This document shows positions 61,814-64,000 of a stretch of 64,000 bases of DNA, one piece after another. The stretch lies in assembly GCA_038087875.1 (NCBI GenBank), contig CM075990.1, forward strand, positions 14,200,001 to 14,264,000, written 5' to 3'. Source of the stretch: Malacoraja senta (Eukaryota). A program made the position numbers and the translations under genes. The notes under the pieces are model-generated. The model made no database searches. It was not told where the DNA came from and worked only from the letters and a program-made list of their open reading frames with translations. Position 1 is the stretch's first letter; each line of letters opens with the position of its first letter.

Positions 61814-62639
61814 TTGGCTCCAAATCAACACTCACTAAAATTAACAACCCCACTCTCACTATCGACGGCACCACTGTCTCCCCATCTCCTCAGGCCCGCA
61901 ACCTTGGCGTGATCTTTGAATCAACCCTCTCCCTTGAGCCTCACATCCGCCATGTTGTCAAAACATCATTTTTTCACCTCCGCAACATTGCAAAAATCAG
62001 ATCGTCTCTCACACCCCCCGCTGCTGAAAGACTCATCCATGCCTTCATCTCCTCCCGACTGGACTACTGTAACTCTCTTCTTTTCGGAATCAATTCCAGC
62101 AACATCAAACGACTCCAACTGGTCCAAAATGCAGCCGCTCGACTCATTACCCACACCAAATCCTGGCACCACATCACCCCAGTTCTCAAAGAACTTCACT
62201 GGCTTCCCATTTCCCACAGGATCACCTACAAAATCCTGGTCCTCACCTACAAAGCCCTCAACAACCTGCCCCCCCCTTATCTCATTGACCTCCTCTCCCC
62301 CTACCAACCCTCACGGTCCCTCAGATCCACATCAGCTGGTCTCCTCTCCACTCCGAAATCAAACCTCTGCACTTTTGGAGGCAGAGCCTTCTCCAGGGCA
62401 GCTCCCAGGCTCTGGAATTCCCTCCCACAACCGGTCCGAAATTCTGAGTCCCTCACCATCTTCCAGTCCCGCCTCAAGACCCATCTCTTCACCTCTGCAT
62501 ACCCTTAGTCCCATGTTCCCCTCCCCTCTGTCTTACTGCTCTATTTTGTTTTGTTTATTCCTGACTCTCAATTGTAAAGCGACTTTGAGACCTGAAAAGC
62601 GCTATATAAATAAAATCTATTATTATTATTATTATTATT
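61814..62639 (+). mobile_element. Young L2 LINE 3' part
   Basis: Near-identical to 42296-43120; (ATT)n tail. Confidence 0.95.
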
Positions 62640-63046
62640 GTCAAATGATGTAAAAGGAGCCCATTCAGCCCATCGAGTCATTGGCAGTTCAACGGCACTA
62701 TCCCATCAGTGTCATGCACCTTTCTCCTTATTTCCCTGCACCTACGCAACTCATTCTTTCCCACACACACCTTTCACCTATGGTTTACCTTTGCCACTAA
62801 CCGACTACAAAAGACCATTTAATCTACCAGTGAATCATTGAGAAATGGGAATTCAGAGCGCCCGGAGGAAACAGAAGAAAATGTGTAAACTGTACACAGT
62901 CAGTACCCTAGGTCAGGATTGAAGCTAGGTCTCCAGAGCTATAAGGCAGCAGCACGTCACCTTCTGAATTGCTATCCTGATGTGTTTCCTGACACTCTAA
63001 GGGTACCTACTGGATTAGGAAGTAATGCAGGATGAAACAGTTGCAA

Positions 63047-63408
63047 AATGGCGCAATGGGCTAAGTGTTCGGCTGGCAACCGGAAGGTAGCCGGTTCGAA
63101 TCCCGCTTGGAGTGCATACTGTCGTTGTGTCCTTGGGCAAGACACTTCACCCACCTTTGCCTGCGTGTGAATGTGTGTGAATGTGTGTGAATGTGTGTGA
63201 ATGTGTGTGAGTGATTGGTGGTGGTCGGAGGGGCCGTAGGCGCAGATTAGCAGCCACGCTTCCGTCATTCTGCCCCAGGGCAGCTGTGGCTACAGAAGTA
63301 GCTCACCACCACCGAGTGTGACTGAGGAGTGAATGAATAATGCGATGTAAAGCGCCTTGAGTATTAGAAAGGCGCTATATAAATCCCATCCATTATTATT
63401 ATTATTAT
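63047..63408 (+). mobile_element. Second copy of the CORE-type SINE
   Basis: Nearly identical to 10256-10606, with one extra GTGTGAATGT unit. Confidence 0.88.
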
Positions 63409-64000
63409 ATCCAATCCATTATCAAGATAGATGTAGATACAAGGTTCTGCAGATGCTGGTTTATAAACAGACACATAGTGCTGGAGTAACCTGTGGGTCA
63501 GCCAGCATCCCTGGAGAACATGGATAGGTGACGTTTCGAGTTGGATCCCTTCTTCAGACTAATTGTGGTGGGGGTAGGGTAGAAGGCTGGGTGAGTGGTG
63601 GGGCGGGACAAAGTCTTGTGAGGGATGGGTGGTGAGTTTTTTTTTTTTATAGGTAGATGGTTGGACAAAGGCCAGAGATGAAAAAAATGAAAGGTGTGAG
63701 TTAAGGATAGGATAGTTGCAAATTGTGAAGTGAGAGGAAGGAGTATAGATGGAAGGGGAGGGGGAAGTGGAGAAATGGGTGCAAAACAAAGTGAGGACAG
63801 GGGAAAGGAAGGGAGAAGTGGAAGTAAGGGTTATTTCTTGGTCGTTACCTAAAATTGGAGTCATCAATGTTCATACTATCAGGTGGCAAGCTACTCAATT
63901 ATACCTCAATACCATTCAAAGGGTTGCCATTTCCATTTCACCAGCAATATCTAAACTGACATTTATCACAATGATTTCTGTGGGAGCTTGTTGTGTCCAA

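Overview
Eukaryotic intragenic DNA, most likely from a cartilaginous fish (skate/ray-like; inferred from V-SINE/HE1-type SINEs, young CR1s and Penelope/Neptune elements). The window lies inside one minus-strand gene, PSD (EFA6A, an ARF6 GEF). Four coding exons of its N-terminal region join in phase at GT-AG sites (33963-33034, 27402-27291, 24761-24257, 17352-16837). The SEC7/PH exons were not found and presumably lie left of base 1. A CpG-rich segment near 4.5 kb holds a phase-compatible candidate alternative first exon (MGEATVGTLCCWQR...), and there are several candidate 5'-UTR exons at 37.8, 44.7 and 47.0 kb. The introns are packed with mobile elements: about 40 Penelope pLTR-derived pieces (counted by eye), several with intact minimal hammerhead-ribozyme cores and many forming fold-back hairpins with 12-15 bp TSDs; seven Harbinger-type MITEs; a hAT MITE; young L2 copies with a partner CORE-SINE; and CR1, Rex1/Babar, RTE and L1-like fragments. 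There is also an unusual 900-bp Gypsy derivative that ends in an inverted copy of its own LTR start and has a perfect 5-bp TSD. Family names rest on recalled motifs, not database searches, and coordinates of old repeats are approximate.
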